63,699 nucleotides of DNA, taken from positions 112,845,808-112,909,506 of the forward strand of contig NC_068983.1 in assembly GCF_001194135.2 (NCBI RefSeq). The letters run 5' to 3'. Positions 12,501-25,305 of this stretch are shown piece after piece. The stretch comes from Octopus bimaculoides. Lineage: Eukaryota. A model generated the notes under the pieces. That model was given only the letters and a program-made list of their open reading frames with translations. It was not told where the DNA came from and did no database searches. The position numbers were made by a program, and so were the translations under genes. The first letter of the stretch is position 1. Each line of letters begins with the position of its first letter.

Positions 12501-13088
12501 GACACTAAACTCTACTTGCAAAGACCTGTTGAGGCAAGTGAAATCGAAATCAAATTCGACGATTGGCATCCGTGCTAGTGGAGCGCTAAGANNNNNNNNN
12601 NGAAATCGAAATCAAATTCGACGATTGGCATCCGTGCTAGTGGAGCGCTAAGAGCACCATCCGAGCATGATCGCTGCCAGAGCAGCTGACTGGCTTCCAT
12701 GCCAGTGGCATGTAAAAAGCACCATTCGTGTGTGATCTTTACCAGTGTTGCCTTACTGGCACTTGTGCCGGTGGCACATTTAAAAGCATTTGAGTGAGGT
12801 CATTGCCAGTGCCGCTGGACTGGCTCCTGTGCAGGTAGCATATAACAAACACCATTCAAGCTTGGCCGTTGCCAGTATTGCCTGACTGGCTTTCATGCCG
12901 GTGGCACGTAAAAGCACCCATTACACTCTCGGAGTGGTTGACGTTAGGAAGGGCATCCAGCTGTAGAAATTCTGCCAGAGCAGATTGGAGCCTGGCGCAG
13001 CCATCTGGTTCGCCAGTCCTCAGTCAAATCATCCAACCCATGCCAGCATGGAAAGCGGCCGTTAAATGATGATGATGATGATGATGAT
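9389..13088 (+). mobile_element. RTE-clade LINE copy 1: 5' UTR, EN-RT relic with internal deletion, repeat-bearing 3' UTR, (GAT)n tail
   Basis: EN and RT motifs, RTE-type 3' end ccaacccatgccagcatggaaag...gttaaatgatgatgat; possible degenerate TSD 9368-9387 / 13091-13108. Confidence 0.92.
9863..12435 (+). pseudogene. Disrupted RTE endonuclease-reverse transcriptase ORF
   Basis: RVGTLNVGTLKG, CCLQEVRW, ISAYAPQ, IDYILTR, KSMKTGKASGPSGI, NYRGIKLL, QFGFMLGKSTTDAIF; several stops; QG/YADD core missing. Confidence 0.9.
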
Positions 13089-14183
13089 CCTAATTATTCT
13101 GCCAATTCACTACCCTCAAATGAAAACGAAAAATGTTTTAAAAAACCCACTGAATGATTTTCATTATAGTTTCATAATTCACAGTTGCTATGAATGATAT
13201 GGGATTATAAATAATTTCTATCATGAACTTAGCTCACTAGTAATATATAAGATTGCATTGTAACTAAATTAGGTTATTCAGTTGTCAAATCATTTGATTA
13301 GATAAAGTACTGTCAGATAATAATATGTAGCTTTCAATTAGCATCTTTATCAAGATGAAGACAAATTGAAAAATAAAGAGATGCGATAGATAAGGTAGAA
13401 GGGACAGAGGATGAAAAAGGAGAGAGAGAGAGAGAAATAAACGATAATACCGAGAAGTACATTTATATCCAGATTACAGAGAAAGGCAAAAATCTTTTAC
13501 AAGCAATACGAGAGAAATAATCTTATGTGATACAATTAATTTCCTTCCTGGGAGAACTTTTAAAACCTACAGATTTTGTTCTTTTGCAGCAGATTAAGAA
13601 ACATTAAAAAAAAGTTGTTTCACAGTAAATTGTTAATTATTAATTACCAAATTTCTATATGCAATTAACTTTGTAATATGTGGTAGATTCATAATATATA
13701 ATTTATCCTTTATTCTATTTATTTGGCAGCAAATTCAAACTAATGGGTATTTATTTGTATAGCAATTAACACACAAGTGACAACTTTATCCTTGCCAATT
13801 TCTAAATGATGTTTATCAGAAAAGGTTATGATCTCCATAAGAAAATCTTATGATTAGTTACTGAACATTTTATGATTGTTTCTCTTTAACAATTTGAAAA
13901 TGCTTTATTTTTTATAGAACATCTCTTACTTTTGTTTTATATATAATCAGTTACAGTATACTGAAGACTCTCCTACACATAACCAATGCACATCTGAAAT
14001 TATCAAAGCCAGACTCAGAAATACTAGGCTCTCTTACGTTTTGAGTGATCTCATATAGTTTTGATACTATTAAAACTAGAATTCAAGAAACAAGGCTTTC
14101 TCTTCAGAGCTAGAATAGAATTCAGTTCTTAATAGGGATGCTGCTACAAATCATTAAATGGATATGCAGAAGACTTAGTGAAC

Positions 14184-14530
14184 AAGGTAGTAGAAAACAA
14201 ACCAACAGTTTAACATTTTGTCACTTGTATTTGGTGAGGCATTATGAGAGTAACCTCGGTGTTTAACTCTAAAAGTTGATTCCAGCAAATGGGTATTACC
14301 TTTTAGGGAGGTAAGTTACTGTAAGCTGTATAGCTTGCTATAAAAAATGTATGTAATAGTAAAACTATATATTTTTCCTTATAGTACTAAACTTAATTTT
14401 TCCCAAAGTTAAAACTACCCTTTATAACCTTACCTATAATTCAAAACTTTCATTTGCTTTGTGGGTTTACTAATTACACTTGGATTCAATCCCTAAGATT
14501 TGTTGCTGCAGTTGTTCAAGTCATATTTGT
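14184..14530 (+). repeat. Diverged direct duplicate of 17511-17827 (copy 1)
   Basis: Colinear blocks such as ggtgtttaactctaaaagttgattcc, actttcatttgctttgt and ccctaagat..gttgctgcagttgttc. Confidence 0.85.
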
Positions 14531-15039
14531 ACTTGTCTGTCTTTGTACTTTAATACAAGAACATTTGGCTTTGTACTTGTATCAAAGCCAAATGCAAAAA
14601 AAAAAAAACAATAAATAAATAAATAAATAAATAAGTATGAAATAAAGAATATTATTTGGCTGATTTCTAAAGTAACAGCTACAATGACTGGTTGGCTCAT
14701 AGATACACATTTTCTGCTGTCTGCTTCTTTTTCTACAAGTCTTCTGCTCATGGGAACTTGTGAGCTTCATACACCTTCATACCAGATGATCTAATGTACC
14801 CCACCCCCACCATTTTGGTCCTCTGCACCCACCTTTTTGTCCTTACTGTGTCTCATACTCTATACATATCGCTAAACATGTTTCTCAATTATTTCATCCC
14901 AGAACGACTTCTCTCAAAATTTTGTTCATGCTCGTCTTTTATGAAAAGGCATAAACATATAGATAACAAACCACTTCTTTTATAAGGGCCGACAAAGGTC
15001 ATAGATAGTAGTAGCTCTGCTTACTAAATAAGTCTTTCT

Positions 15040-15228
15040 TCTATAAGCACAAGTCCTGAAATTTGTGTTAACCTCAGTGCTCAACTGGTACTTATTTTCT
15101 CAACCTGAAAGGATGAAAGGCAAAGTTGTCTTCAGTGGAATTTGAACTCAGAACGTGAAGACAGACAAAATGTCACTAAGCATTTTGACTGGTATACCAA
15201 CAATTCTGCCATTTCACCACCTTCTTCT
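15040..15228 (-). mobile_element. SINE family B variant
   Basis: Reverse complement of the family B core. Confidence 0.7.
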
Positions 15229-15769
15229 AACTAAATAATAAAAAGGAAAAATATCACAAAAATGTCTTTGAGATGCACACAAAAAGAATACATTAATTAC
15301 ATTAATTACTTGTGTCATTAATAGAATAAACACTTTTTGTATTAATTATGAATGCAATTTATCAGTCTGAATAAATGTTAGCTGAGACAATGCTGGGTTG
15401 AGTCGTTTTGGTTATTACTTAGCCCCAGGTTAGTGCTGATTGAGCAAACCAGAAGCATTCAAGCTGTTACTGTTCTGCTGATGTTTTTCAAGATACACTG
15501 CACAATTATCCAGTGTGGTATTGATTTTTTCAAGGTAGAAGGATGTGATGTAAAGGAAATTTGCCTGCTATTTTTGGTAGGTTGTCATAGTGACTTCCCT
15601 TATCCGTTCATGATGATTCAGGTCGACATGTAGTATTAAACATACAAAAGTTAATTAAAATTAAATTATCATCTTAATAACTAAACTTGCAATCCTTTAG
15701 CTAAATGAATTATTTTGGAATCCCGAGCTATTATTATAACATTTTATCAAACATTTATATTTTAACTTG

Positions 15770-15945
15770 GCACTGAATTGGCAGAATTGTTAGTACACTG
15801 AATAAAATACTTAATGGTATTCTTTCAGGTTTTACATTTGGAGTTCAAATTCTGCCAAAGTTGACTTTTGAGGTTGATACTGGGGTCAATATAATTGACA
15901 AATCCACATCCCTAAAATTTCAGGCCTTGTGCCTATAGTAGAAAG
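15770..15945 (+). mobile_element. SINE family B variant (internally deleted)
   Basis: ggcagaattgttag ... gagttcaaattctgccaaagttgac ... caggccttgtgcctatagtagaaag. Confidence 0.65.
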
Positions 15946-16328
15946 TACCATCTTATATATAAAATAGACCTTTGTGTGTGTATTTGCTTTTCACATGAAA
16001 ATGGCTGTGCAAATTGGTTCCATACTTGAGATGTATGAATAATTTGACCTTGGATACATAATAGGGTCTTCATTTATTTTTTATTAAAAACATTTCTTCT
16101 CTTTCTAAGTCTTACTCTATCATTCTCTCTTCATTCTGTCAACCATTCTGTCTAGCATTTACTGTTGTAACGATGTCTGATACCAAAAAAGTTATTACAG
16201 CTACTTTAATTATTTACAATCTTTTGTACCAGTGTATTTGTGTACACTAACACCTAAGCAAAATATTTGAAAGGCTGAAGAGTCAAACAAAAATTCTGTA
16301 CCGTTGTATTTGTGTATCAGTAAATAAC

Positions 16329-16839
16329 CATGGGTAGATATTTTGTAAAGGACCCATTCATAGCTCAGTGTGAAATATTTTTTTCCCACGGGTTTTTTGA
16401 GTGCATTCAGTGTATCTGACTGCCAAACCTGCTGCACGCCACATTTTCTGGAAAAGAAAGTGAGGGAGGGGTCAAAAAATCATTTCATAGCAAAATATCA
16501 GCAGATCCTTTATTACAAATAGCTGTTACATGGTAGTAGGGCATGCTACAAGTAGCAGCCAAATCATTCCTTTTCTGAGGAAAGGAGCCGTTTACACATG
16601 ATTTTGATTTGTTGAAAGTATACGAAATAACCTGGAAAAGAAAAACAAAAACCCACGAAACAAACTCCATTGGTGGGAAACTCTGAGGTCCTCTCTACCA
16701 CTTTCTTTTCTGGGAAAACATGACTTGCGGTGGGTTTGGAGGTCAGATACACTGAATTCACTTGAAAAAGCTTGTGGAAGAAAAATTATTTCACATCAAG
16801 ATACAAACGGGTCCAATACGAAATATTTACCTCACCATG
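16329..16839. mobile_element. Old MITE-like element with degenerate ~140-bp inverted arms
   Basis: 16329-16470 resembles the reverse complement of 16690-16839 (shared attcagtgtatctgac and gaaaagaaagtg); no TSD seen. Confidence 0.5.
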
Positions 16840-17094
16840 CCTAGAAGGAAAATGTCAAATTACACTACAAGCAAAGAGTATTGTGAGTTTATGACCTTAG
16901 TGAAACCAGGATGTTCTGCTTGTTATTTATATTTTTAACCTTCAATTCTGTATGCAAGCCTAGGTATTATATAGTTCAAGGTTTTGCAGACAAAAAAAAA
17001 GGCTTGAAAATCATTATTTATCTAGGATACCAAACACAAATAAATTTACTGAATTTCATTATTTCTGTAATATCAAAAATTATGAAAAGAGTAT

Positions 17095-17498
17095 GCAGGT
17101 GTGGCTGTGTCGTTAGAAGCTTGATTTACAACCACATGGTTCCAGCTTCAGTCCCATTGTGTAGCAACTTGGGCAAGTGTTTTCTATTATAGTCTCAGGC
17201 TGACCAAAGCCTTGTGTGTGGATTTGGCAGATGGAAACTGAAAGAAGCTCACTGGATATATATATGTGTGTGTGTTTATATGTGTGGGTGTCTGTATTTG
17301 TTCCCCCATCACTGATTTGACAACTGGCTTTGGTGTGTTTATGTCCCCATAACTTAGTGGTTTGGCAAAAGAAACTGATAGAATAAGTACTAGGTTTACA
17401 AAGAATAAGTCCTGGGGTCGTTTTTTGTGACTAAAAGGCAGTGCTCTAGTATGGTCGCAGTTAAATGATGGAAACAAGTAAAAGAAAGTAAAAGAAAG
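17095..17498 (+). mobile_element. SINE family A
   Basis: Full colinear similarity to 3239-3694. Confidence 0.85.
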
Positions 17499-17510
17499 AC
17501 ATAATGGATA

Positions 17511-17827
17511 AAGTAGTAGAAAACAAACAAACTGCTTAATATTGAGTCACTTTTCTTTGGTGAGACATTACGAGAGTGGCCTAGGTGTTTAACTCTAAAA
17601 GTTGATTCCAACAAGTGAGTATTATCTGTAAGGGAGGCAAGGTATTGTAAGCTGTATAATAGAAATACAGTACAGAGTTTCTTTCCATAGTAAAAACCAT
17701 CCACTATAACTTTGCCCATAATTCAAGAGGTGATTTAACTTTAACTTTCATTTGCTTTGTAGGTTTACTAGTTACATTTGGATTCAGTCCCTAAGATACG
17801 TTGCTGCAGTTGTTCTAGTCATGTTTG
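17511..17827 (+). other. Duplicate copy 2 with candidate exon / 148-nt intron / exon structure
   Basis: Donor CAA|GTGAGT at 17615, TTAAC branch-like motifs, acceptor TTTGTAG| at 17762; spliced frame ...GETLREWPRCLTLKVDSNK|FTSYIWIQSLRYVAAVVLVMFV. No homology recognised. Confidence 0.25.
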
Positions 17828-17972
17828 TTTTAACCCTGGTCAGACTTAATCAGTCTGTCGTTTGAACTAAAGCTTCCCAGCCATGATTATAGACTACATA
17901 ATATGAATGGTGTAGTTTGATGGAGATTTAGCTGTTGTTTTAGCAGACTGAATGACTACTTACTGGTTTGCT

Positions 17973-18206
17973 TAAGGCTGCCGGCTGGCAGAAACGTTAG
18001 CACACCAAGCGAAATGCTTAGCGGTATTTTGCTTGTTTTTACGTTCTCAGTTCAAATTTCACCGAGGTTGACTTTGCATTTCATCCTTTCGGGGTCGATA
18101 AATTAAGTACCAGTTATGCACTGAGGTTGATGTAATTGACTTAATCCCTTTGTCTGTCCTTGTTTGTCCCCTCTATGTTTAGCCCCTGGTGGGCAATAAA
18201 GAAATA
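17973..18206 (+). mobile_element. SINE family B, full length with degenerate 16-bp TSD
   Basis: tacttactggtttgct (17957-17972) versus tacttactagctcgct (18207-18222); inverse of 47485-47714. Confidence 0.85.
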
Positions 18207-20132
18207 TACTTACTAGCTCGCTATGAAAAGCAAAGTATCAGTTTAAGCAACATAAAAAGGAGAGGCTATTTATTAAGTCTGAAACTGAAGCAATCCATTA
18301 AAGCAGAATGAGGATATAAACCTCTTTCCAATGAAGGTGCTGGTGAGTTTCCTTGCATTGTTCTGCTTAAGTAGACCAATGACACAAAGCCATCATATAA
18401 TCAACTTTGACAACATAGGAAAAGTTTTATTAGAATGAACCAAATGGCAGTTTACAAATGCTTAGCCTGCATCACTGTCCTAATAATGCAGCCAGTTAAT
18501 TTATGTGTTAGATGTTTGCTTGGTTATTGTTTTCTCCCAATCAATATCATAGCCAAAATCCCAACAGCAAAGAAACTTCAATACCAATATCATTCAGTAC
18601 CATTTCCCAATTCACCAGTTTACAAGAACTTCAGACAATATACTGCCAACTCATCATACTGCAAAGGAAGTTTTGTTACTAATACTTGTTTCACAAATGA
18701 CAGATTTTACTTCAGTCAAATAATCAGACTATTTCCCTACAATCCCTTTGCAGTTGTCGTTTGATCTTGCTTTAGCACAAATATTGATCTGTAACTCTAG
18801 AGATACAATTCACCACGATGAATGTATGCTCTTATTAAAAGAGTTAGAAAAACCGGTCACAAGTCTCAAAATGCATTAGTTAATGTATTGAAGGAAATCA
18901 AGTATAATATAATGTTTGGTCATATATACAAATAATGTCTGATCATATATATGAATTCTTGAATAATTTGTAAATTATTGTATCTAATATTTCATTCTAA
19001 CTAATTGTAGAACAATACAGAAATAATTTTGTTATGACAGCTTAGAAAATAGGTGCATAGTAATAACTGTGTTGCTTTTGATTAGGGCTATAGGATTGCT
19101 TAGGAAAGAAAGAAAATATATTTTTGCTATAGTGAAATATGAATCTTTTTATCCGAAGAAAAAAAAAAGAAATGTGATTTCCCAATGCATATTATTTATA
19201 GGACTAAACTGAATACAAATTTAGGATGCTTTCATTCACACCAAATGTCTATAGAATACTGCACAATCTTAGATTCCATTGTGGCAAGTGACTGAGAGAT
19301 AAAATCTACCAGTCAAAATACTACAAGTGTAGCTTACTTTTCTAAAGGAAAGTTGTTTTCTTATTTCCTGTTTTAAAATGTTTAATTCAAAGAAGAAAAG
19401 AAGATAATTAAAGCATCCATATTTAAAATGTTTTGAAAAGTTTCATTGCTTTATCTGTAAAAATAATATAAAATTTCTTTTATTCTGTGGTTACTGAAAC
19501 AATACCTGAAAACTAGATGATTATTTCAAAACGTATTTGTTATTATGAAATGATTTCTATGACAGAATAGCAAAAATTTAATTAATAAAAAATAAAAGGC
19601 TAAATACTTTAAAAAGAAAAAGAAATTAAAAAACTTAAATAAGTTTTAAATCTTCATCATATAATTTTCTTAAAATTGTGGCTTTTTTGAGTCTCAGTTT
19701 ACATAATTGATACAAAATTGCTTGGTAATTCTTTTCTTTTAACATATTAATTTTAAAAATCGTTATAATAATGGAGATTTTATAAGTACCTATATGTATC
19801 CTATACTCTGCTAATTCTTTGTACTACCATCTACCACATATCACATCCTTTATAAGCAGCTCATGCCTTACACTGCCTCTGAAAAATAAACTCTCTCTGA
19901 AAAATAAAACCAAATGTAACAGAGAGAGAGAGGGGGGAGGGTTGTTTTCTGGCAAATGAGAATATTGTCTTATTCACCTGTTGTATTGCTGTCAAATAAT
20001 ATTTTCCTGTTGTAAGATGACATCAGAATATGTCAGCTTGGTCAACAAGGGTACTTCTAGATATTCAGTTAATCTGCTGAAAATAGCAGCTAGATTTCCC
20101 TCTAATCTCATTCTACCATTTTCAAAACTTAA

Positions 20133-20134
<2 letters not shown>

Positions 20135-20221
<87 letters not shown>

Positions 20222-20277
20222 TTCTTTCTCTCTCTCTCTCTCTCTCTATCTCTCTCCCTTTCTCTCTCTCTCTCTCT
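20135..20277. repeat. (CT)n microsatellite
   Basis: Direct reading. Confidence 0.95.
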
Positions 20278-21855
20278 GCAGACACAGATACAAAAGACAC
20301 CATGGAGAAGAAAGATATGAAAAATTAAATATCCTGCAATAGAGAATAAATTTAGAGAAATTCTAACTGGTATATATGAAAGCAGGAATGAAGATTTAGT
20401 TATTTGTAGCATACATGAAAACAGGGAATTTATAGGAAAGCTCCAGCCAAACCATGAGTAACATGGTGGCGGAATGATACAGCTGATAGACATGGGTGTG
20501 TGGTTAGCAAGTTTACGTTGCAACCATATAGTTTTGGGTTCAATCAGAATCAGCAGTGATGAGAAATGGCATCATGAATGGATTTAGCAATCAGAAACTA
20601 AAAGAAGCCTGCCTCACACATATACACACACAAACACGTGCACACGCATGTCTATGTACATACATAAGTATGCGTCTGTATGTGCTTGCATCTGTGTGTG
20701 TGTGAGTGTGTGAGTGTGTGTGTCTGTGTGTCTGTGTGCATGTGTGTGTGAATGTACAAAGTACACTTGCCACTTACAATTAAATATGATGTGTACTATG
20801 TACCATGCTTTTGTGAACTGATGCAGGTGCCAATATAGTCACATGTCAACTTGAATATCCCTTTAGTCCTTCCACTTCTGGCCCTGTAGAACATCAAGGA
20901 TGCAACTACTAGAAGGCTACACCAGACCTAGGTTAGTACTTTTTCAACAACAAAAGGGAAAAAGGCAAAGTGGGCCTTTGAATTTGTAGGTGTTATGATG
21001 TTCTCATGACCCTGCCAACTGACCCATGCTTTTCTTGAACTATTTTCCTTCTCACCAGACTTTTCCTCTTTCCTCTCTCTCTGACAAAGTGCCATGCTTG
21101 AAACGTTACACATCCCCTCTTTTTTCCCATTTTAAACTGATCATCAACGTCCTTGTGACTTTTGTTGTGTTTATTTTCGATTTTCAATTTGCATATAACA
21201 AATGAAAGAGAGAAGATGGAATATACAAGAATTTTATTATTAATCACAACAATTTTTTCAACACATCTAGCCTCGATTCCACTTGTGGAACACTCAACAA
21301 CTGGTTCAGGAGCATCCGGGGGTACAGATGTATCTCATCGGGTGATAAATAAATAAAAACAATTCGTTAAAATGACTATTCCACAATGTAACTTTAAAGT
21401 ACTCCAGCTGGTGAGAGATAAATATTATTTATTTTATGGGCCCAATACATATATTTAAGTCCTACTAATAGTTTCATATGTTGAGAAATACTTAAACTTA
21501 TTCTTCAGGTGCAAACCACATATCATAAAACGAACTAAAAAAAATTAAATAATAGAAAGTAGAAATCAGAAAACGAAAACACAAACTCTAAAATGTAAAA
21601 CATAAAAACTAAAAAGGTAAAATAGTTGTCCTCCTTCGACCTTAAAAGATAAGCCTGGAAAGATATCAAGTTAGTCAGAAATAGACGGAATTTTCCAATT
21701 GTTCAAAATATATTTATACATATGCTTGCAACCACTGAGAATTTCTGACCTAGAATTCAGTAGAGAGTTAGGGATCTTAGATCTGAACAGGATCTGCACC
21801 ATTTCATTTAAACTATAAATAATGCTGCTGACTTATTAGCAATTTAACAACCTAA

Positions 21856-22340
21856 AGACAAATTTATAGATGACACTAAACTGACAGAGGGTACAATGTG
21901 ATACCAGCATTGCTAGAAATAAGAGTCAAAATGACTCATTAGCCACAAAAGCACTATCATTGTGTTGTTAAATTGCTAATAAGCCACAAAAGCAATATCT
22001 TAGTGTTGTTAAATTACTAATAAATCACCCACATTATTTATAGTTTTTACTTCTACAGTTTTTAAAATCAGAACGTTTTCAACAGTTTTTCTTTATAAGT
22101 TGATGAGGTGAGTTGTGCATAACCCTAGGTGCAGTAAGAACCATTGACAAGAATTAAGATGCGCTGCATCAAAATTTGAAATCACATGATATTGCTATAT
22201 CTGCAACCGTAGGGAACTTTGTCTCCCTCGTCAACTTACTAAGACAGTAATTTTGTGACTGAGTCGTTTTGACTTTTATTTCTAGCAACGATGGTACCAC
22301 TTTCTACCCTCTGTCACTTTAGTGACGTCTATAAATTTGC

Positions 22341-22344
<4 letters not shown>
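21856..22344. repeat. Inverted repeat (~90-bp arms) ending at a (TA)n tract
   Basis: 21856-21948 matches the reverse complement of 22253-22344 (tatttctagcaa..g.tggta.cac.tt.tacc.ctctgtca.tttagtg..tctataaattt). Confidence 0.75.
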
Positions 22345-22387
<43 letters not shown>

Positions 22388-25057
22388 TATAAGAGCTAGT
22401 GAGTTTGCTTAAATGTTTTTTATTACATCATGACTTACTAATGTTTCACTCACTTGTGGATTATAAGATTTGCTGATTATATTTATCATGACTTGAAAAA
22501 AATCACTTAAGCAAACTCAGCTTTTTTCCAAATGAAAATCAGAGGACAATAAACAGTCAATACTTGATTGAGATTTGAATATAAAAGTTCTAAATATTGG
22601 TTAACTGTTGTGTTATCTCAACCAAAATAATACTGCTTAATCACACCCACACATCCACCCCCCCCCCTACACACACACACACATAAGTTGTTTTCTTTAT
22701 TTCAGATTTTTAACTAAGCATTCAATGAATATTTTTCTTATTTTTAGAAGTCGTTTAGAATATTACTTCTCAATCTTAAAATCTTTTAAATTTTGAATTT
22801 TGTCTATGCAGGGTATGTCATTCTACTTAGCCCTCCTGGCTAGGAAAAGAACATCTAGCAATGTTACCTGCAATAAATAAGGAACCAATTGAATGGAAGC
22901 TTTTATATTATACCCATAAACCACTTTTAAATCATTTAAAATTTCATTATAACCTGGATTGCACTATCTGTTTATGACAGTTTGTTGTTTAAAAACTCTA
23001 CTGAATACGTTTGATGAAACAAGGAATAATATTACATATGGTTAAAACTACAGGAATTAAAGAATTAAAGCCTTAAAGAATTTATAGCAGTTAAGTTAAA
23101 TGTTACTTAATAGTTATCATCTTAAATATTTGGTTGAAATAAATGAGGAATATTGGATAAAAATTCAGTAAAAATAACAGTAAACTGTATGATACTTTAA
23201 CTACATATAAGTATTGCCACATTGACTGGATGAAATGAAAATATTTGATGCAAGTATTTTAAATAGTCATCTTAAACCAATGTTAATCTGAAAATTGATT
23301 TTGTTTACAAAGAATTATTACTGCAAAGTAAACAGAAAACTCTTTCAAATATTGTTGTATTTGCCTGGCAAGTAATCTGATCAGAAATTGTTTACTGAAA
23401 CTGAAATACGTTATATTATAGAACCATTTTAGCCATTTAATAAAATGAAAGTTGTTATATTCAGTTTCTATATATTTTATGAAGTGCCTCATTTTTTATT
23501 GCATCATTGAAACCTGATCACTGACACAGTTCCACTGCAACAGTTTGAAATTTAGTTACTAGTAAGTTTTATAGACCTCTGGGTTATTATTATTTCTATG
23601 TTGAAGTTATGAACATATGGGCTTGCTGTATGGTTATAGATTGGCCCCTTACACTGTTTATTATTTGACTACAAGCCTAGTGGCAACCAGTGTCAGCAGG
23701 TAGAACAACTATACAACATAATTGTAAGCCCCTGAGTTTATACAGCAAACAAAAACTGCAAGAGAAAGCCGATGGAAACTTGCCAATAACCAAGTCTGAA
23801 ATAACTACAGTGGAACTGGGTTGTAAGTAAAAAAAAAAACTATAATAATTTCTGTGTAAATTTAAATGGTTAAAAAGGTTTTTCCATTTGAGAAATTTCT
23901 CTCAAATTTCCCTTTTCTCACATTTGTTTTACAATCTGGTAAAAAATATTTCATTTCTATTTTGATAAACATGACTGGCCTTTAATCTATATGCTTTCCT
24001 TTTGAAAAAGATTTAATTGATATCTATTTTTAATTACCCTGTGGTTTATAATAATTTTGGTTATCATATATAGGTAACATATGCATTATCTACAAAAATT
24101 TAGAAGTGGAGAATCTAGAACTCATGTCATGCTGGGAAAAAATTTGGTGATTTAAATAAGTTACTCCCAACGGATAAATAGTTCCCTTGAACATGTTATA
24201 AAAATATAACTGTGTATGTATAAATTTATTTTCTTGGTGTTGAATAAGTATTGTCATTAGAATTTTGCACAGAATGCCTCATGGTGTTGTTTCAATGTTC
24301 TACACTTTGTGTCCATATTCCACCAACTTTGTCTTTCATCCTTTTGGTCCCTCCATATGCTTTTATCCACCAGATTCTTGTTACCTTATAGCTTTCTGGT
24401 ATATTTTCGAGCTAAAGGGCATAACTCTTAATTAATCCCTTGTTAATTAGCCTCCCACAACTTCATTTCATCTTTTTTCACCATTCCCCCAAAGCAGATT
24501 TAGAATTTTTTCACCTCAAATAATGAAGAGCAGTCACCATATATTTTTCATACCTGTCAATTCTGAAGATCACATGGTATCAGCTAACAATTCTGTTGTC
24601 TAATATATGGTTATCTAATATCAATGCAAAACCTATTTGTAAGATCAGCTGAAATGGATCTATCATACTGCATAATTTGATTATTTACAAATATAGGAGT
24701 ACACATTTTTCCTGACTTATGGACAGGTAACAACAACATATGTATGTATGTATGTATGTTTGTATGTATGTATTTAAATAGAAATAATAATCTTTTCTTA
24801 ATGAAACATAACTAAGATGGAGTAACTAATTATCTTAGAAACAAGTTTTCGTGTTTTGTTTCATTCACTACATGTACTATGTAAAACATCCAAACTTCAA
24901 ATTTCAAACAAGGGAGAAGGGTGCAATATCATAAATAGGAAAATACTTGGAGAACTTAATACTGGTTATTTGTTACACAATTTAAGATTTAAATTACATT
25001 AGAAGAATGTGTGTGTATGTAAGTATATGTGTATGCATGTATATGTGAGAGTGTGTG

Positions 25058-25305
25058 TTGCTGTCTTCTGGACTTGACATCACATGATAGCTGTATATGA
25101 GTGTCACTCTTATACAAGCAGTGTCATTAATTTCAAATATTCTGCGAGAACATGTCTGGTCATGAGGAAGTATTACCTTGCTTGGAAACAGGTGAGAGTT
25201 AGTGACAAGAAGATCATCTGGCTGTAGGAAAACTACCTCAAATAAACTCTGTCCAGTCCATACATGTAAATTTGGATGTTAAACGATGTTGATGATGATA
25301 ATAAT
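25058..25305 (+). mobile_element. SINE-like family E with RTE-type 3' tail
   Basis: Ends gatgttaaacgatgttgatgatgat like the RTE tail; homologous to 34375-34580. Confidence 0.55.

Noticed and set aside
12540-12653. 52-bp direct repeat either side of a 10-N gap
   Set aside because: An identical sequence bracketing a minimal gap is most likely unmerged contig overlap.
12650-12935. CRISPR-like repeat array
   Set aside because: Units are similar along their whole length (no unique spacers), lie in a LINE 3' UTR, and there are no cas genes in this eukaryotic context.
16210-16761. Minus-strand ORFs (HKYNGTEF repeat-like peptide; a 10-nt micro-exon-like signal near 16835)
   Set aside because: They overlap the arms of a degenerate inverted-repeat element and have no recognisable homology.
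19992-20328. ORFs around the (CT)n tract (RE/SL repeats; FENGRMRLEG... peptide)
   Set aside because: Microsatellite-driven; the unique part ends at a stop with no splice support.
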